NCBI GenBank assembly: GCA_046497225.1 | Contig: JAWOGA010000060.1 | Span: 1-35,106, forward strand | DNA from: Candidatus Moraniibacteriota bacterium | GTDB taxonomy: Bacteria; Patescibacteriota; Minisyncoccia; Moranbacterales; DUUL01 | Direction of reading: 5' to 3' | Length of the DNA: 35,106 nt | In this document: in pieces, positions 1-9,825 of the stretch | How positions within the stretch are numbered: the first letter of the stretch is position 1 | How the letters are laid out: each line of letters opens with the position of its first letter | The notes under the pieces: generated by a model | Databases searched by the model: none | The model's input: only the letters and a program-made list of their open reading frames with translations | What the model was told of the DNA's origin: nothing | Program-made: the position numbers and the translations under genes

Positions 1-2
1 CC

Positions 3-839
3 GGCTATGCTTGGCATGAGAATATTGGTTGGATTGATTTTAACCCTTCAGGTCCTTACCCTTCATCGCCTAATCACAGTGCTAGAAGAGAAAGCAACAG
101 CGATATATTAACAGGATGGGCTAGAGTAGTGGGGATCCAGCAGGAGCTAGCAGTGGGAAACTCCGGTGGTTGGGAAGGATGGATTAAATTAGAAGATGTT
201 GATTTAAGTGATTTGGATAATTCTTATGCTTGGAATGGGGAGAATTCAGATGGAGGATTAGGTTGGATAAGTTTTGAAAAACTAGTGTTGCCGGGTGTTC
301 CTCAATTCCAGGCTTGCCCGGAGACACCGCCGGCATTGAAAGTTGCCTTAAGTGATGAAGTGGCTAAAGAGGGGGAAAATGACTCTACGGTTAATATTGA
401 TGCCTGGTATGCTGAAACTTTTCTTAAATATGATGACTGCACAGATGTACTAAACATCCCTATTGTTGATAATTTTGATGATAGTAATGGTCGTAAATTA
501 GTTGATGAGGATTCTTCTTGGAGTTTTAATAAAACAACACCGAATAAAAGCCCGGGCTTGGATGGTTCCGATCTTCTGGAGAAGACCGGTAGCGGTGCTG
601 ACAGGCAAATTAAGTCTACAGGTTTAGCGGATGTGGAAAAGGGAACAATAGTTGATGTTGAAATTGATTATACATCTCCTAGTACCGGTGATGATTTGGA
701 GGATGCAGTAGAGGTTTGTATCTATGATTGTTCTTGTGAGGATTCTGACTATTTTGAAGATAGTGATATGTGCGACTGTGGTTGCGGCATTGAAATTGAG
801 GCCAAAAGAGCTCATGGGGAAGGGTGGAAGGAAGATTAA
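3..839 (+). CDS. C-terminal part (5'-truncated by window) of a large secreted/surface protein with GYAW-x-ENIGWI-x-F type repeats and an acidic Cys-rich tail
   Basis: Frame is open from position 3 (GYAWHENIGWIDFNP...LTGWARVVG) into the 129..839 ORF; second repeat SYAWNGENSDGGLGWISF; this repeat type is common in Parcubacteria surface proteins. Confidence 0.75.
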   Translation, partial: GYAWHENIGWIDFNPSGPYPSSPNHSARRESNSDILTGWARVVGIQQELAVGNSGGWEGWIKLEDVDLSDLDNSYAWNGENSDGGLGWISFEKLVLPGVPQFQACPETPPALKVALSDEVAKEGENDSTVNIDAWYAETFLKYDDCTDVLNIPIVDNFDDSNGRKLVDEDSSWSFNKTTPNKSPGLDGSDLLEKTGSGADRQIKSTGLADVEKGTIVDVEIDYTSPSTGDDLEDAVEVCIYDCSCEDSDYFEDSDMCDCGCGIEIEAKRAHGEGWKED

Positions 840-870
840 ATTTAAAAAAATCTCTTAAAGTTAAATATTT

Positions 871-898
871 AAAAACCGTGAGTATCTTCACGGTTTTT
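871..898 (+). terminator. Intrinsic terminator (possibly bidirectional)
   Basis: AAAAACCGTGA-gtatct-TCACGGTTTTT hairpin with T-tract just after the stop at 839. Confidence 0.8.
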
Positions 899-989
899 AT
901 TTGGTTTTGAGGTATGGTTGTGGTATAGTTATGAGAATATTGTTTTAGAGTTATGTGGCGCTAAGTTTAATTGTTCACTTCTTTTTATT

Positions 990-1715
990 ATGAATTATTC
1001 AAATTTGAACAAAGCAGTTTTGTTGGCGACTTTTTTTGGGGTATTGTTTTTCGGGGGGTGCATTGATCAAAGCCGGGAACACTTGCCGAAAAATGAAGAT
1101 ATAAAAAATAAAACCGCAAAAGAAACAAGGGAGATCCAGGGCAGCCCTAAAGAGAAAAGAGGGGAAGAAAATGTTGAGACAGAAAAAAAATCCCAAACAA
1201 AAGAAGTATCTTACGAAACAGCCGAGCCGATGAAAAATACTAAAGAAAGAGTTAAAATTAAACCTTTTGGAATCTTTATTACTCCCGATAACTCTCCTCT
1301 GGAAAGAGAACGTTTTTCTGGATATCACACGGGAGCGGACTTTGAGATATTGGAAGGAGAAGAAGAAAAAGACATCCCGGTAAAAGCTGTTTGCCCGGGA
1401 GAAATTTTACAAAAAAGAACCGCCTCTGGCTACGGGGGTTTGATAGCGCAGAGTTGTGAAATTGAAGATAAATCGGTAACTGTTGTTTACGGCCACTTGG
1501 ATATTGAAAGCGTAGATAAGGAAATCGGCGACACCATAAAAGCGGGGAATAGAATTGGATTTTTAGGTAAAGGAGAAAGCGCGGAAACTGACGGTGAGCG
1601 CAAGCACTTGCACTTGGGAATACACAAAGGAGGAGATATTAATATTAAGGGATACGTGGACTCCGAAGAAAAACTCTCTAGCTGGCTGAATCCTTGCGAA
1701 TATGTTTGCCGGTGA
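990..1715 (+). CDS. M23 family metallopeptidase, probable lipoprotein
   Basis: HTGADF (HxxxD), VVYGHL and HLHLGI (HxH) motifs; signal with LFFGGC lipobox-like end; ATG at 990 preferred over TTG at 918. Confidence 0.85.
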   Translation: MNYSNLNKAVLLATFFGVLFFGGCIDQSREHLPKNEDIKNKTAKETREIQGSPKEKRGEENVETEKKSQTKEVSYETAEPMKNTKERVKIKPFGIFITPDNSPLERERFSGYHTGADFEILEGEEEKDIPVKAVCPGEILQKRTASGYGGLIAQSCEIEDKSVTVVYGHLDIESVDKEIGDTIKAGNRIGFLGKGESAETDGERKHLHLGIHKGGDINIKGYVDSEEKLSSWLNPCEYVCR

Positions 1716-1745
1716 TTGAGGTTTAAAATTTTGATAAACAAGCAT

Positions 1746-1779
1746 CTGCCAAAAAGAGGATGTTTGTCTTATTTTGGCA
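1746..1779. terminator. Hairpin between convergent genes
   Basis: TGCCAAAA...TTTTGGCA inverted repeat. Confidence 0.5.
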
Positions 1780-1818
1780 TTGAACCGGATTAATTTAATA
1801 TAAAATTTCTTCTTAATT

Positions 1819-2175
1819 TCATTCAGTGGACATTATGACATCTCCGCATTGCTTGGATTCTTGTAGAACTTTAAAAACCTCGTCTATTTTGGGCTCCACG
1901 ACTTGGAAGATCTCTCCGTTTTTTAAGGTGAGCTTCACAGTCCTATCATGTCGCTGGAAAACTTTTTTGACATTGCAATTTTTGATATGCTTTTTGGCGG
2001 CTTTCCATAAATGGCCATCCTCTTTTTCTTTGGCGTTGTGGTTATTTTCGGCATCTTGTATGTTATGATTCCTTTCGTTTTCTCCCGGAGTGTTTTTTGA
2101 AAACAAGGTGATTGTAACAACCAATAATGTAAGTATTGCCAAGAGAATTATTACTCTTTTTGTTTGTTTTTTCAT
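1819..2175 (-). CDS. Hypothetical protein with N-terminal membrane anchor
   Basis: ATG start, basic N-terminus followed by a hydrophobic helix (VIILLAILTLLVVTITLF), two Cys. Confidence 0.7.
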   Translation of the reverse strand: MKKQTKRVIILLAILTLLVVTITLFSKNTPGENERNHNIQDAENNHNAKEKEDGHLWKAAKKHIKNCNVKKVFQRHDRTVKLTLKNGEIFQVVEPKIDEVFKVLQESKQCGDVIMSTE

Positions 2176-2414
2176 ATTTTTACCTTAATATTTTTATACA
2201 TATGCAAGGATTATAATATGATAAACAAAAAATAGCAATTTAGAGCAGTCACCTAAATTTTTTCTTTCGAGGGATAGTATTTTAGCTTGGTTGCTGGGTT
2301 TTGCTTTTGCGATATAACTTCCTGATTTGCAGTTGTTTATCGATTTTATCGAGTTGCGTTTTTTGTCGTAATAGTAACATTTTTACTTATTGATAATTTA
2401 AACAAAAAAACACT

Positions 2415-2442
2415 TTGATAAATAACAAAACTCTGGTATAAT
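2415..2442 (+). promoter_or_regulatory. Sigma70-type promoter of gltX
   Basis: TTGATA-16 nt-TATAAT with extended -10 TG (TGGTATAAT). Confidence 0.6.
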
Positions 2443-2477
2443 TCATTAAAACAATGCTTTAAATAAGATTTATACTC

Positions 2478-3971
2478 ATGCAAGAACAAGATTTAAATTC
2501 TGAAAAGCAAGTACGTACCAGATTTGCGCCATCTCCAACCGGAATGGTTCATATTGGGAATTTAAGGACCGCTCTTTTCGCTTGGCTATTAGCCAAAAGC
2601 AAGGGAGGTGATTTTTTGGTGAGGATTGAAGATACGGATCAAAAGAGGTTTCAAGAAGAGGCGACTAAAAAAATCTTAGACGCTTTGGATTGGATCGGGA
2701 TAGATATTGATGAAGGCGTTTATTTAAATAAAGACAATCAAGTTAATCAAAAAGGCGGCTGGGGACCTTATATTCAATCTCAGCGACTCGGATTTTACAA
2801 AGAATATGCGGAGAAACTGATAGCGGAAGGAAGGGCTTATTATTGTTTTTGCGATTCTGATCGGCTAAAACAAGTCCGCGAAGAACAGCAATTGCAAAAG
2901 AAGCCACCGATGTATGATGGCGCTTGCAGGGAGACTTCCATTGAAGAGGCGCGCAGGAGAATAGAAAATGGAGAGAGTTGTGTTGTGAGATTGAAAGTTC
3001 CCAAAAATGAAAAAATTGAATTTAAAGACAAAGTTTTCGGAAAAGTTTCTGTGGATAGTGATACCGTAGATGATCAGGTTCTAATTAAGTCTGACGGTTT
3101 TCCTACTTATCACTTGGCAGTGGTGGTGGATGATTATCTAATGGGAATTACGCACATAGTTCGGGGGGAAGATTGGATTCCCAGCGCGCCCAAGCATGTT
3201 TTGTTATATAAGTTTTTGGGCTGGCCGGTGCCGGAATTTGTCCACTTGCCCAATGTTTTAGGAGAGAATAAAAAGAAATTGTCCAAGAGACAAGGAGACG
3301 TTAGCGTGGATGAATTTAATGAGAAAGGCTATCTCCCGGAGGCTATGATGAACTTTTTGGCTCTCCTGGGATGGAACCCAAAAAGTAACCAAGAAATTTT
3401 TTCCAAGGAAGATCTCATAAAAACTTTTGATGAAAAAGGTTTGCATAAAGCCGGAGCGGTGTTTGATTATAAAAAACTGGATTGGATAAACGGATATTAT
3501 ATTAGACAAAAAGATGATGCGGAAATTTATGAATTATGCAAGCCTTATTTGGAAAATTATTTAGCTGAAAACAATTATGATGCCGACGATGAGAAATTAA
3601 AAAAGATCATTATTGTAGAAAAAGAGAGAATGAAGAAATTGGCTGATATTACAGATAACATTCATTTTTATTTTACCTCGCCGGAATATGATAAGGATCT
3701 TTTGCGCTGGAAAGAAATGGGTGATAAAGATCTCAAAGAAGCTTTAGAGAAGATGGAGGAGGCTTTAAAACAAATTGATAATTTTCAAAACTTGGAAGAG
3801 ATCCAAGAAAAGTTGACTCACGCCTGCGGAGAACGGAAAGGAGAACACCTCTGGCCGTTAAGGGTTGCTCTTTCGGGCGAAAAAAGAAGCCCGAGTCCTT
3901 TTGAGATTGCTTGGATTGTCGGCAGGGAAGAGGCTATCAAGAGAGTTGATCTAGCTATAAAAAAGATTTAA
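2478..3971 (+). CDS. gltX: Glutamate--tRNA ligase
   Basis: VRTRFAPSPTG, HIGN, RIEDTD, KLSKR motifs. Confidence 0.97.
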   Translation: MQEQDLNSEKQVRTRFAPSPTGMVHIGNLRTALFAWLLAKSKGGDFLVRIEDTDQKRFQEEATKKILDALDWIGIDIDEGVYLNKDNQVNQKGGWGPYIQSQRLGFYKEYAEKLIAEGRAYYCFCDSDRLKQVREEQQLQKKPPMYDGACRETSIEEARRRIENGESCVVRLKVPKNEKIEFKDKVFGKVSVDSDTVDDQVLIKSDGFPTYHLAVVVDDYLMGITHIVRGEDWIPSAPKHVLLYKFLGWPVPEFVHLPNVLGENKKKLSKRQGDVSVDEFNEKGYLPEAMMNFLALLGWNPKSNQEIFSKEDLIKTFDEKGLHKAGAVFDYKKLDWINGYYIRQKDDAEIYELCKPYLENYLAENNYDADDEKLKKIIIVEKERMKKLADITDNIHFYFTSPEYDKDLLRWKEMGDKDLKEALEKMEEALKQIDNFQNLEEIQEKLTHACGERKGEHLWPLRVALSGEKRSPSPFEIAWIVGREEAIKRVDLAIKKI

Positions 3972-4068
3972 TTGCCGAGACTTTTATTGTAGATTAAATG
4001 ACTTTTAAATAAAGCGGAAAAGTTTTGGTTGTTATTTTGCAAATAAGTAAAAAATTAAAAAAGAAAAA

Positions 4069-5487
4069 TTGAAAGTGAAAATTAAAAAAATAAAATTTAC
4101 TATAAGTATCCTTTTACTTTTTGGGGTAATGAATTTTGTTGTTCAAGGATTTGTGTTTGCTAATGAAACCGAAGAGGAGATAGATAAAATAGTTGAAGAG
4201 ATAGAGGAAACTTGTGAGCAAGAAGGGCTTACGGAAGAAGAGTGCGAGCGTGCTATAAAAAAAGCAGAAAAAACAGATGATGAGGCTGATGAACTAAAAC
4301 AAAAAATGAAAAACGCAGAAAGAATGGTGGATCTGAAACAACAGCAGCAAAAAACCCTGCGTAATCAAAAGGAGTTGCTGGACTTACAAATAAATGGATT
4401 GGAAAAAGATATCAACGAAGTAACAGTCAAGATTAATCAAGCCAAGCAGGAGATATCTCAAATTGAATCCCAAATCGGGAGCAAAGAAGAAAATATCACT
4501 GAAGCTAAAAAAAAGCTTTCTGAGATTATCAAAGTGTATCACAGAATAAATCAGGAAATTGAATTAAAAATGATGTCATCTGGCGGAAGTTTAACTCAAA
4601 TTTTTAATCAATCCGAATATTTAAGCCAAACTTCCCGGCAGGTTAAAAATTCTCTGGATACAGTTAAAGAAGAAAAGGAAGAGCTAGACCAAAAGCAAAC
4701 CAAGCTTAAAGAAAAGAAGGAGCAGCTTGATGATAGAGAAAAAGAATTGGCGGGAAAACAGCAAAATTTAAATTCCAAAAAACAAGAGAAACAAACCTTA
4801 ATAGCTAGAACTCAAAATGAGGAAGCTCAATACCAGGCTTTGGTAGATAAAATTGAAAGTCGGATGAAAAGTCTTCTTACTGACATCGAATCTCTTTCTG
4901 ACGCTAAAAAAAGAAGATTAAAAGAAATTCAAGAGGGCGCAATTGACCCCACAAGTGGAACAGCTTCGACTAGTTGGTATTATTCTCAAGGTGATAGTAG
5001 ATGGGGAAAGGATAAGATTGCTGGAACCAGCTTAAGCATGGAAAAATGGGGTTGTGCTATAACGTCAGTAGCAATGGTTTTTACTCATTACGGAAAAAGC
5101 GTTGAGCCGGATGATTTGGCGAAAAAAGTTTCCTTTTTTACGAGTAGTGGTGACATAAAATGGAGAAATCCGGCTAATGATTACGGTATGAAGCTAGAGG
5201 AGAATACCAAGCATACCGGGGTTGATTGGGACGAGGTTGATTATTATATAGATAGAGGACATCCCGTGATTGCTTTTATTGCGTCACCTTCGGGTGCCGG
5301 TCATTATGTAGTTATTCATGGCTACGATGAAGACCACGAGGATTATGTAGTGCATGATCCTTATCCTTGGCCGGGTTTTTCTGGCGAAAGCGCTAATATC
5401 TTGTTGGACACGAGTAAAGAACTGGTTAGCGAGGTTCACAGCGCTTCTGTGATAGTTGACCAAATGATAGTTTATAAGCCGGAATAA
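4069..5487 (+). CDS. Secreted coiled-coil (PcsB/CwlO-like) protein with C-terminal C39-like papain-fold peptidase
   Basis: Signal peptide, about 250-aa coiled coil, then YYSQ, GCAITS (Cys), GHYVV (His), HDPY (Asp); start may be GTG 4075. Confidence 0.8.
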   Translation: MKVKIKKIKFTISILLLFGVMNFVVQGFVFANETEEEIDKIVEEIEETCEQEGLTEEECERAIKKAEKTDDEADELKQKMKNAERMVDLKQQQQKTLRNQKELLDLQINGLEKDINEVTVKINQAKQEISQIESQIGSKEENITEAKKKLSEIIKVYHRINQEIELKMMSSGGSLTQIFNQSEYLSQTSRQVKNSLDTVKEEKEELDQKQTKLKEKKEQLDDREKELAGKQQNLNSKKQEKQTLIARTQNEEAQYQALVDKIESRMKSLLTDIESLSDAKKRRLKEIQEGAIDPTSGTASTSWYYSQGDSRWGKDKIAGTSLSMEKWGCAITSVAMVFTHYGKSVEPDDLAKKVSFFTSSGDIKWRNPANDYGMKLEENTKHTGVDWDEVDYYIDRGHPVIAFIASPSGAGHYVVIHGYDEDHEDYVVHDPYPWPGFSGESANILLDTSKELVSEVHSASVIVDQMIVYKPE

Positions 5488-5490
5488 ATT

Positions 5491-5525
5491 GATTATTTGC
5501 TATTTGTTATTAGCAATTGGGGATT
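5491..5525. repeat. Degenerate heptamer tandem array
   Basis: gattatt tgctatt tgttatt agcaatt ggggatt (5 x NNNNATT) immediately after the stop at 5487. Confidence 0.7.
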
Positions 5526-5551
5526 TTGTTGCAGGTTAATAATAAATTTTT

Positions 5552-6142
5552 ATGAACAAAAAACAAGAGAAAATAAAGAACTTTTTAAGAGAGGCTGAAA
5601 AATTAAAACAAGTTAAAAGAAAAACCTATTTATCAAACAAGAAAGAACGAGAAAGCGCGGCTGAGCATAGCTGGGATTTGATTCTGATGGCAATGGCTCT
5701 GCAAGAATATTTTCCCAAAAAAGTTGAAACTCTGAAAATAATAAAAATTTTAGCTGTTCATGATTTAGCGGAAATTGACAACGGCGATGTGTTTGCATTG
5801 GATAAATCCCAAAAAGACAAAAAAATTAAACAAGAAAAAGAAGCTGCGGAGAGGATTTTTAATATTTTACCCAAAAACAAGAAATTGGAATTTTCAAGAT
5901 TATGGCAGGAATATGAAGAGGGCTCTTCCATAGAAGCCAGAGTTGCAAAGGCTATTGATAGAATGGCTCCTATTGCTCAATTCAATGCAAGCCAAGCAAT
6001 TGACAAAAAATTCAAAGTTAGCACCCAAGAATGCTACGATTATGCCATAGAGAGCATTAAAGAGTTTCCAAAATTGAAAAATTATTTTTTGGGGTTAATC
6101 AGGGAAACAGCGAAAATTAAAAAAGATAAAGTTGAATTTTAG
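5552..6142 (+). CDS. HD-domain phosphohydrolase (YfbR/HD_3-like)
   Basis: LKQVKR, ESAAEHSW, HDLAE..GD, LWQEYE, AKAIDR motifs. Confidence 0.88.
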   Translation: MNKKQEKIKNFLREAEKLKQVKRKTYLSNKKERESAAEHSWDLILMAMALQEYFPKKVETLKIIKILAVHDLAEIDNGDVFALDKSQKDKKIKQEKEAAERIFNILPKNKKLEFSRLWQEYEEGSSIEARVAKAIDRMAPIAQFNASQAIDKKFKVSTQECYDYAIESIKEFPKLKNYFLGLIRETAKIKKDKVEF

Positions 6143-6329
6143 TTTTAATGACAGGCGGGGGAGGGAATTTCAATAACAGAAATTTGACAAATAATGTTTT
6201 TTATTGTTAAATAAATCTTAATTCCCTATTTTTGGCATTTAGCAGGGAAGCGGGGATGAAATAGTTATTTGAAAAATCGATTAAAATGAAAAATTGGATT
6301 TGCATATTTGCAAATAAAGGAAGCGGCGG

Positions 6330-6710
6330 TTGAGTTTAAAAAATTTAAAATCTCGGGAGGAAGAGTTTATGGAAAACGTAGCAGAAGAATCATCAACATC
6401 ATTAATTTCTGGCTTTTTAAATGATTTGGTTTTAACGGCTAAGTATTTCCAGAAGTTATACTTCCAAAAGGACGATTACAACTTTATTTCCGATGAAGAG
6501 TGTGCTGGATTTGCTCCAGTCGGAGAAAAAAAGGTGATTTGTCACTGTGCTGGCAAAAAGCACATGGAAAAAACTTGCAGAAAATTTTTGATTTACAAAG
6601 CTACCTTTGAAGGATTAGAAGCAAATTCCATGAAGATTGTAGATCAAGAAAATGTTGGTAATAAGAAAGCAATTACTATAATTCAACCGTACAGAATCAG
6701 GAAAAATTAA
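6330..6710 (+). CDS. Hypothetical protein (start TTG 6330 or ATG 6369)
   Basis: 126-aa ORF in an otherwise empty region, followed by a hairpin; Cys/His cluster CHC...H...C. Confidence 0.55.
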   Translation: MSLKNLKSREEEFMENVAEESSTSLISGFLNDLVLTAKYFQKLYFQKDDYNFISDEECAGFAPVGEKKVICHCAGKKHMEKTCRKFLIYKATFEGLEANSMKIVDQENVGNKKAITIIQPYRIRKN

Positions 6711-6742
6711 GTTAAAGTTAATTGTGTAGAGGTTTTAAAACC

Positions 6743-6773
6743 CGGAAGCGGTATTTATCGAAATCCGCTTCCG
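6743..6773 (+). terminator. GC-rich hairpin, probable terminator
   Basis: CGGAAGCGG-tatttatcgaaat-CCGCTTCCG; T-rich tract starts about 10 nt downstream. Confidence 0.55.
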
Positions 6774-6879
6774 ATCAAATCCAATTTTTTGTTTTAGAAA
6801 TAACCAAGCTTCAAGTATCTAAGTTTTGAAACATTTAGCCGACCTTCCAATCCTTGGTGTTGAGAAAATTAAATATATG

Positions 6880-6907
6880 ATGTCGCAAAATATACATTGT
6901 GCGACGC
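6880..6907 (-). other. dif-like Xer recombination site (11-6-11)
   Basis: Minus strand GCGTCGCACAA TGTATA TTTTGCGACAT, 20/28 identical to E. coli dif (GGTGCGCATAA TGTATA TTATGTTAAAT), intergenic. Confidence 0.6.
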
Positions 6908-7047
6908 TTAATATATAAACAAAAAACAACATTAACTATAAAAACTATTGAGTCTATCTTTAATGCTCTTCTGATTTTATTGTGCCCCGCTCTTTTTGTT
7001 TCTGATTTACTTTGCTATAATTCAATTATAATAATTATTGTTTTTTC

Positions 7048-8187
7048 ATGAATACTTCCTATTCGGCTTTAAATTCTTTTCAGACTTGTCCGCTTAAATA
7101 CAAATATGAAGCTATTGATAAAATAAAATCCAAGAAAAAATCTCCTGAGGCTCAATTTGGGACACTTGTTCATGATGTGATGAAATTTATTCATACCGGA
7201 AATTTTACCCTCCCTACTCAAAAAGAGGCTTTGGAGTATTTTGCTAAAAATTGGATTTCGGATGCTTTTAAGGATGAGTTTCAGGAGCGTTCCGCTTTTG
7301 CTCAAGGTGTCAAAATTATTCAGGATTATTATAAAAAAAATGACCCCAATAAGTTTCAAATAGTTGATTTGGAATCGCGATTTTCTGTTGATGTGCAACA
7401 AGATGGTGAAATGCATATAATATCCGGGATCATTGATAGGATTGACAAAACCGAGAAGGGTTTTGAAATAATTGACTACAAAACTTCCAATAAACTCCCG
7501 CCTCAATCATCAGTGGATGAGGACTTGCAATTATTGATCTATTTGATGGCTTTCTTAAAAAGATACCCCGATTTTTCAAGAAATCCGGAAAATATAAAAC
7601 TAAGCCTTTATTATCTAAAACATGGAACCAAACTTTCAACATATAAGACGGCTCAACAGCTAGAAGAAAACAAGGTAAACATTTTTGATCTTTTGGAGGA
7701 GATAAAAAAGTCTGATTTTCAGCCGAGTGTTTCGGCTTTGTGTGATTGGTGCGATTTTCAAGAAATATGCCCTATGTGGAAACATAAATTCAAGGAAGAA
7801 AAAAAGACCCCCACCGAACAAGAAAAAAAACAAATTATGGAGCAATATCTTGTTTTGCAGGACAAAATTAAGCAAGAAAAAAAACAAATTATGGAATTGC
7901 AGCAGAGAATTTTGGAAATTATGGAAGATGAAAAGGCCGATCGCTTGTTTAGCGAAAACAAAATTATTGCTAAAAAACCGTACAAAACTTATGAGTATGA
8001 TGAAGAAATAGTTAAAAATGTTTTAGATGAGGCTGGTTTATGGCAAGAAGTTTTAAAATTGGATAAAACCAAGCTTAAAAAAGTTGCCTCTACTCTGCCC
8101 CCGAATCTTAAAAGGACCATAGAGAGCGCCAAATACATTAGCAAAGAAAGCTGGGGTTTGAGCGTTAAAGAGAATAAAAACAAATAA
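7048..8187 (+). CDS. PD-(D/E)XK nuclease, RecB/AddB/Cas4-like, with 4-Cys Fe-S staple
   Basis: SYSAL..F..CP, FGTLVH, GIIDRID, IIDYKT, QLLIY, CDWCDFQEICP; TGCTATAAT extended -10 at 7013-7021. Confidence 0.88.
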   Translation: MNTSYSALNSFQTCPLKYKYEAIDKIKSKKKSPEAQFGTLVHDVMKFIHTGNFTLPTQKEALEYFAKNWISDAFKDEFQERSAFAQGVKIIQDYYKKNDPNKFQIVDLESRFSVDVQQDGEMHIISGIIDRIDKTEKGFEIIDYKTSNKLPPQSSVDEDLQLLIYLMAFLKRYPDFSRNPENIKLSLYYLKHGTKLSTYKTAQQLEENKVNIFDLLEEIKKSDFQPSVSALCDWCDFQEICPMWKHKFKEEKKTPTEQEKKQIMEQYLVLQDKIKQEKKQIMELQQRILEIMEDEKADRLFSENKIIAKKPYKTYEYDEEIVKNVLDEAGLWQEVLKLDKTKLKKVASTLPPNLKRTIESAKYISKESWGLSVKENKNK

Positions 8188-8282
8188 ATCTTCGGATAAT
8201 TTTAATTCCGTAGTTAAATTTTACCTGTTCAGGCTTGCTTCTTAAAAAATTATTCCCTTGTGTTATAAATCAAAATGGTAAA

Positions 8283-9023
8283 TTAACGCGCTCTCCATCC
8301 TCCGTCTACATAAATCACTTCTCCGGTTACGTATTTAGATTCATCGGAAGCTAGATAGACAGCAGCCTTAGCAATGTCTTTCGTTTCTCCGACATGTCCT
8401 AGAGGAGTGTTGGATTCAATCATGTTTCTAAAATCATCATTCTCCAGCACAGGTTCGGTCATTTTAGTCTTAATAAACCCCGGCGCAATAGCGTTTACTC
8501 TTATCTCGTAAGGAGCTAAGTCTAGAGCGCTGGCATGAGTGGTTTGAACTACTCCTCCTTTGGAAGCGCAGTAAGAAACTGCATTTTCCAACCCGACTTT
8601 GCCTAAAATGGAGCTCATATTAATAATAGATCCATTTATGTGATGATCTTTCATGTGATTGGCGGCGGCTTTAACGCCGTAAAAAACTCCGAAAAGATTT
8701 ATTTTTAAAGTTTTCTCCCAATCCTCATCTGTTTCCTCCAAAACATTTTTTGATGATCCGATACCGGCATTATTAACCATTACATCTACTTGACCAAATC
8801 TATTAGCAGTTTCTTCCACTAAATGTTTAACTTGATTCGCATCCGACACGTCGCACTTTATAAACTCCGCCCTGTCTTCATTTTCTTCATTGATTAAATT
8901 TTCTCCTTCATTGATGTCGGAGAATACTACTTTCGCTCCTTCTTTAAGGAATTCTTCTCCGATGGCTTTGCCAATGCCGGAAGCTCCCCCGGTAACAATA
9001 GCCACTTTGCTTTCTAGTCGCAT
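8283..9023 (-). CDS. Short-chain dehydrogenase/reductase (SDR), NAD-preferring
   Basis: TGGASGIG, acidic D after beta2 (FSDIN), NNAG, YCASK, RVNAIAPG, VDGG; ATG at 9023. Confidence 0.93.
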   Translation of the reverse strand: MRLESKVAIVTGGASGIGKAIGEEFLKEGAKVVFSDINEGENLINEENEDRAEFIKCDVSDANQVKHLVEETANRFGQVDVMVNNAGIGSSKNVLEETDEDWEKTLKINLFGVFYGVKAAANHMKDHHINGSIINMSSILGKVGLENAVSYCASKGGVVQTTHASALDLAPYEIRVNAIAPGFIKTKMTEPVLENDDFRNMIESNTPLGHVGETKDIAKAAVYLASDESKYVTGEVIYVDGGWRAR

Positions 9024-9112
9024 ATTTTTTTCTTTATTTGTTATTAAATCCTCTCTCAATAATAACACTTCAATAAAAATAATTCAAAATCCGGTCTTAT
9101 TTTTTAGTGAAA

Positions 9113-9811
9113 TTAGCTTATTTTAGTTCCAGTGTATTTTTTTCCGGAAAAAAGTTTTTCTAAATTTTTAGTGTTTTTGCCGTTAATTATAAAAACTTCC
9201 AAGCGCAGCCTTTGAGCATTTTTTGAGGCTATCGGATCAAAAGGAGTGTTAAGCCCCGGATCCCATTTATCTCCCACAATTTTTCGGAAATCTTGCCAAC
9301 TTATTTCTTCAAATTTAGTTGCATCCGGATACTTGCGAGGGTCTTTGTTGTAAACATATTCTATGTTGGATAGATTTATAATTTTTTTTGCGCTAAGCCG
9401 CTCGGCAAGAATAGTGGCTACGTAATCCGTAGACCATCCCGGCCTCCAGCCTGCTGCAACCATAATCCCCTCCCCGCCGTCAAAGTGTTGATTTAAATCT
9501 TCTTTGGTCTGGGGATTTTTGTTGATGCGGGGATGGGCATATTTCCTAAAAATAGTTTTTATCAGATGGGCATTGAGTCGAGTGGCATGAACTCCAAGCC
9601 AATCCTGATCATCTTCGGTTAACTGAGAGACTTTGTTGGCAGCTTTCTGATAGCGCCTGGCAGTGTCGCCTCCTCCGGCCACAATTACGAATTTATCCCC
9701 CCTTTTAATTTGTTCTATAATAGTTTTTTTGAATTTTTTTAAAAAATGCCAATCAATATTATCCGGAACGATTAATGATCCTCCCAGGGAAATTACAAAA
9801 AGATTTTTCAT
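9113..9811 (-). CDS. pyrH: UMP kinase (archaeal-type subfamily)
   Basis: VISLGGS, GGGDTARRYQ, DWLGVHATRLNA, PGWSTDYVA, VYNKDP, PFDPIA. Confidence 0.9.
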   Translation of the reverse strand: MKNLFVISLGGSLIVPDNIDWHFLKKFKKTIIEQIKRGDKFVIVAGGGDTARRYQKAANKVSQLTEDDQDWLGVHATRLNAHLIKTIFRKYAHPRINKNPQTKEDLNQHFDGGEGIMVAAGWRPGWSTDYVATILAERLSAKKIINLSNIEYVYNKDPRKYPDATKFEEISWQDFRKIVGDKWDPGLNTPFDPIASKNAQRLRLEVFIINGKNTKNLEKLFSGKKYTGTKIS

Positions 9812-9825
9812 TGTTTAATTGAAAT

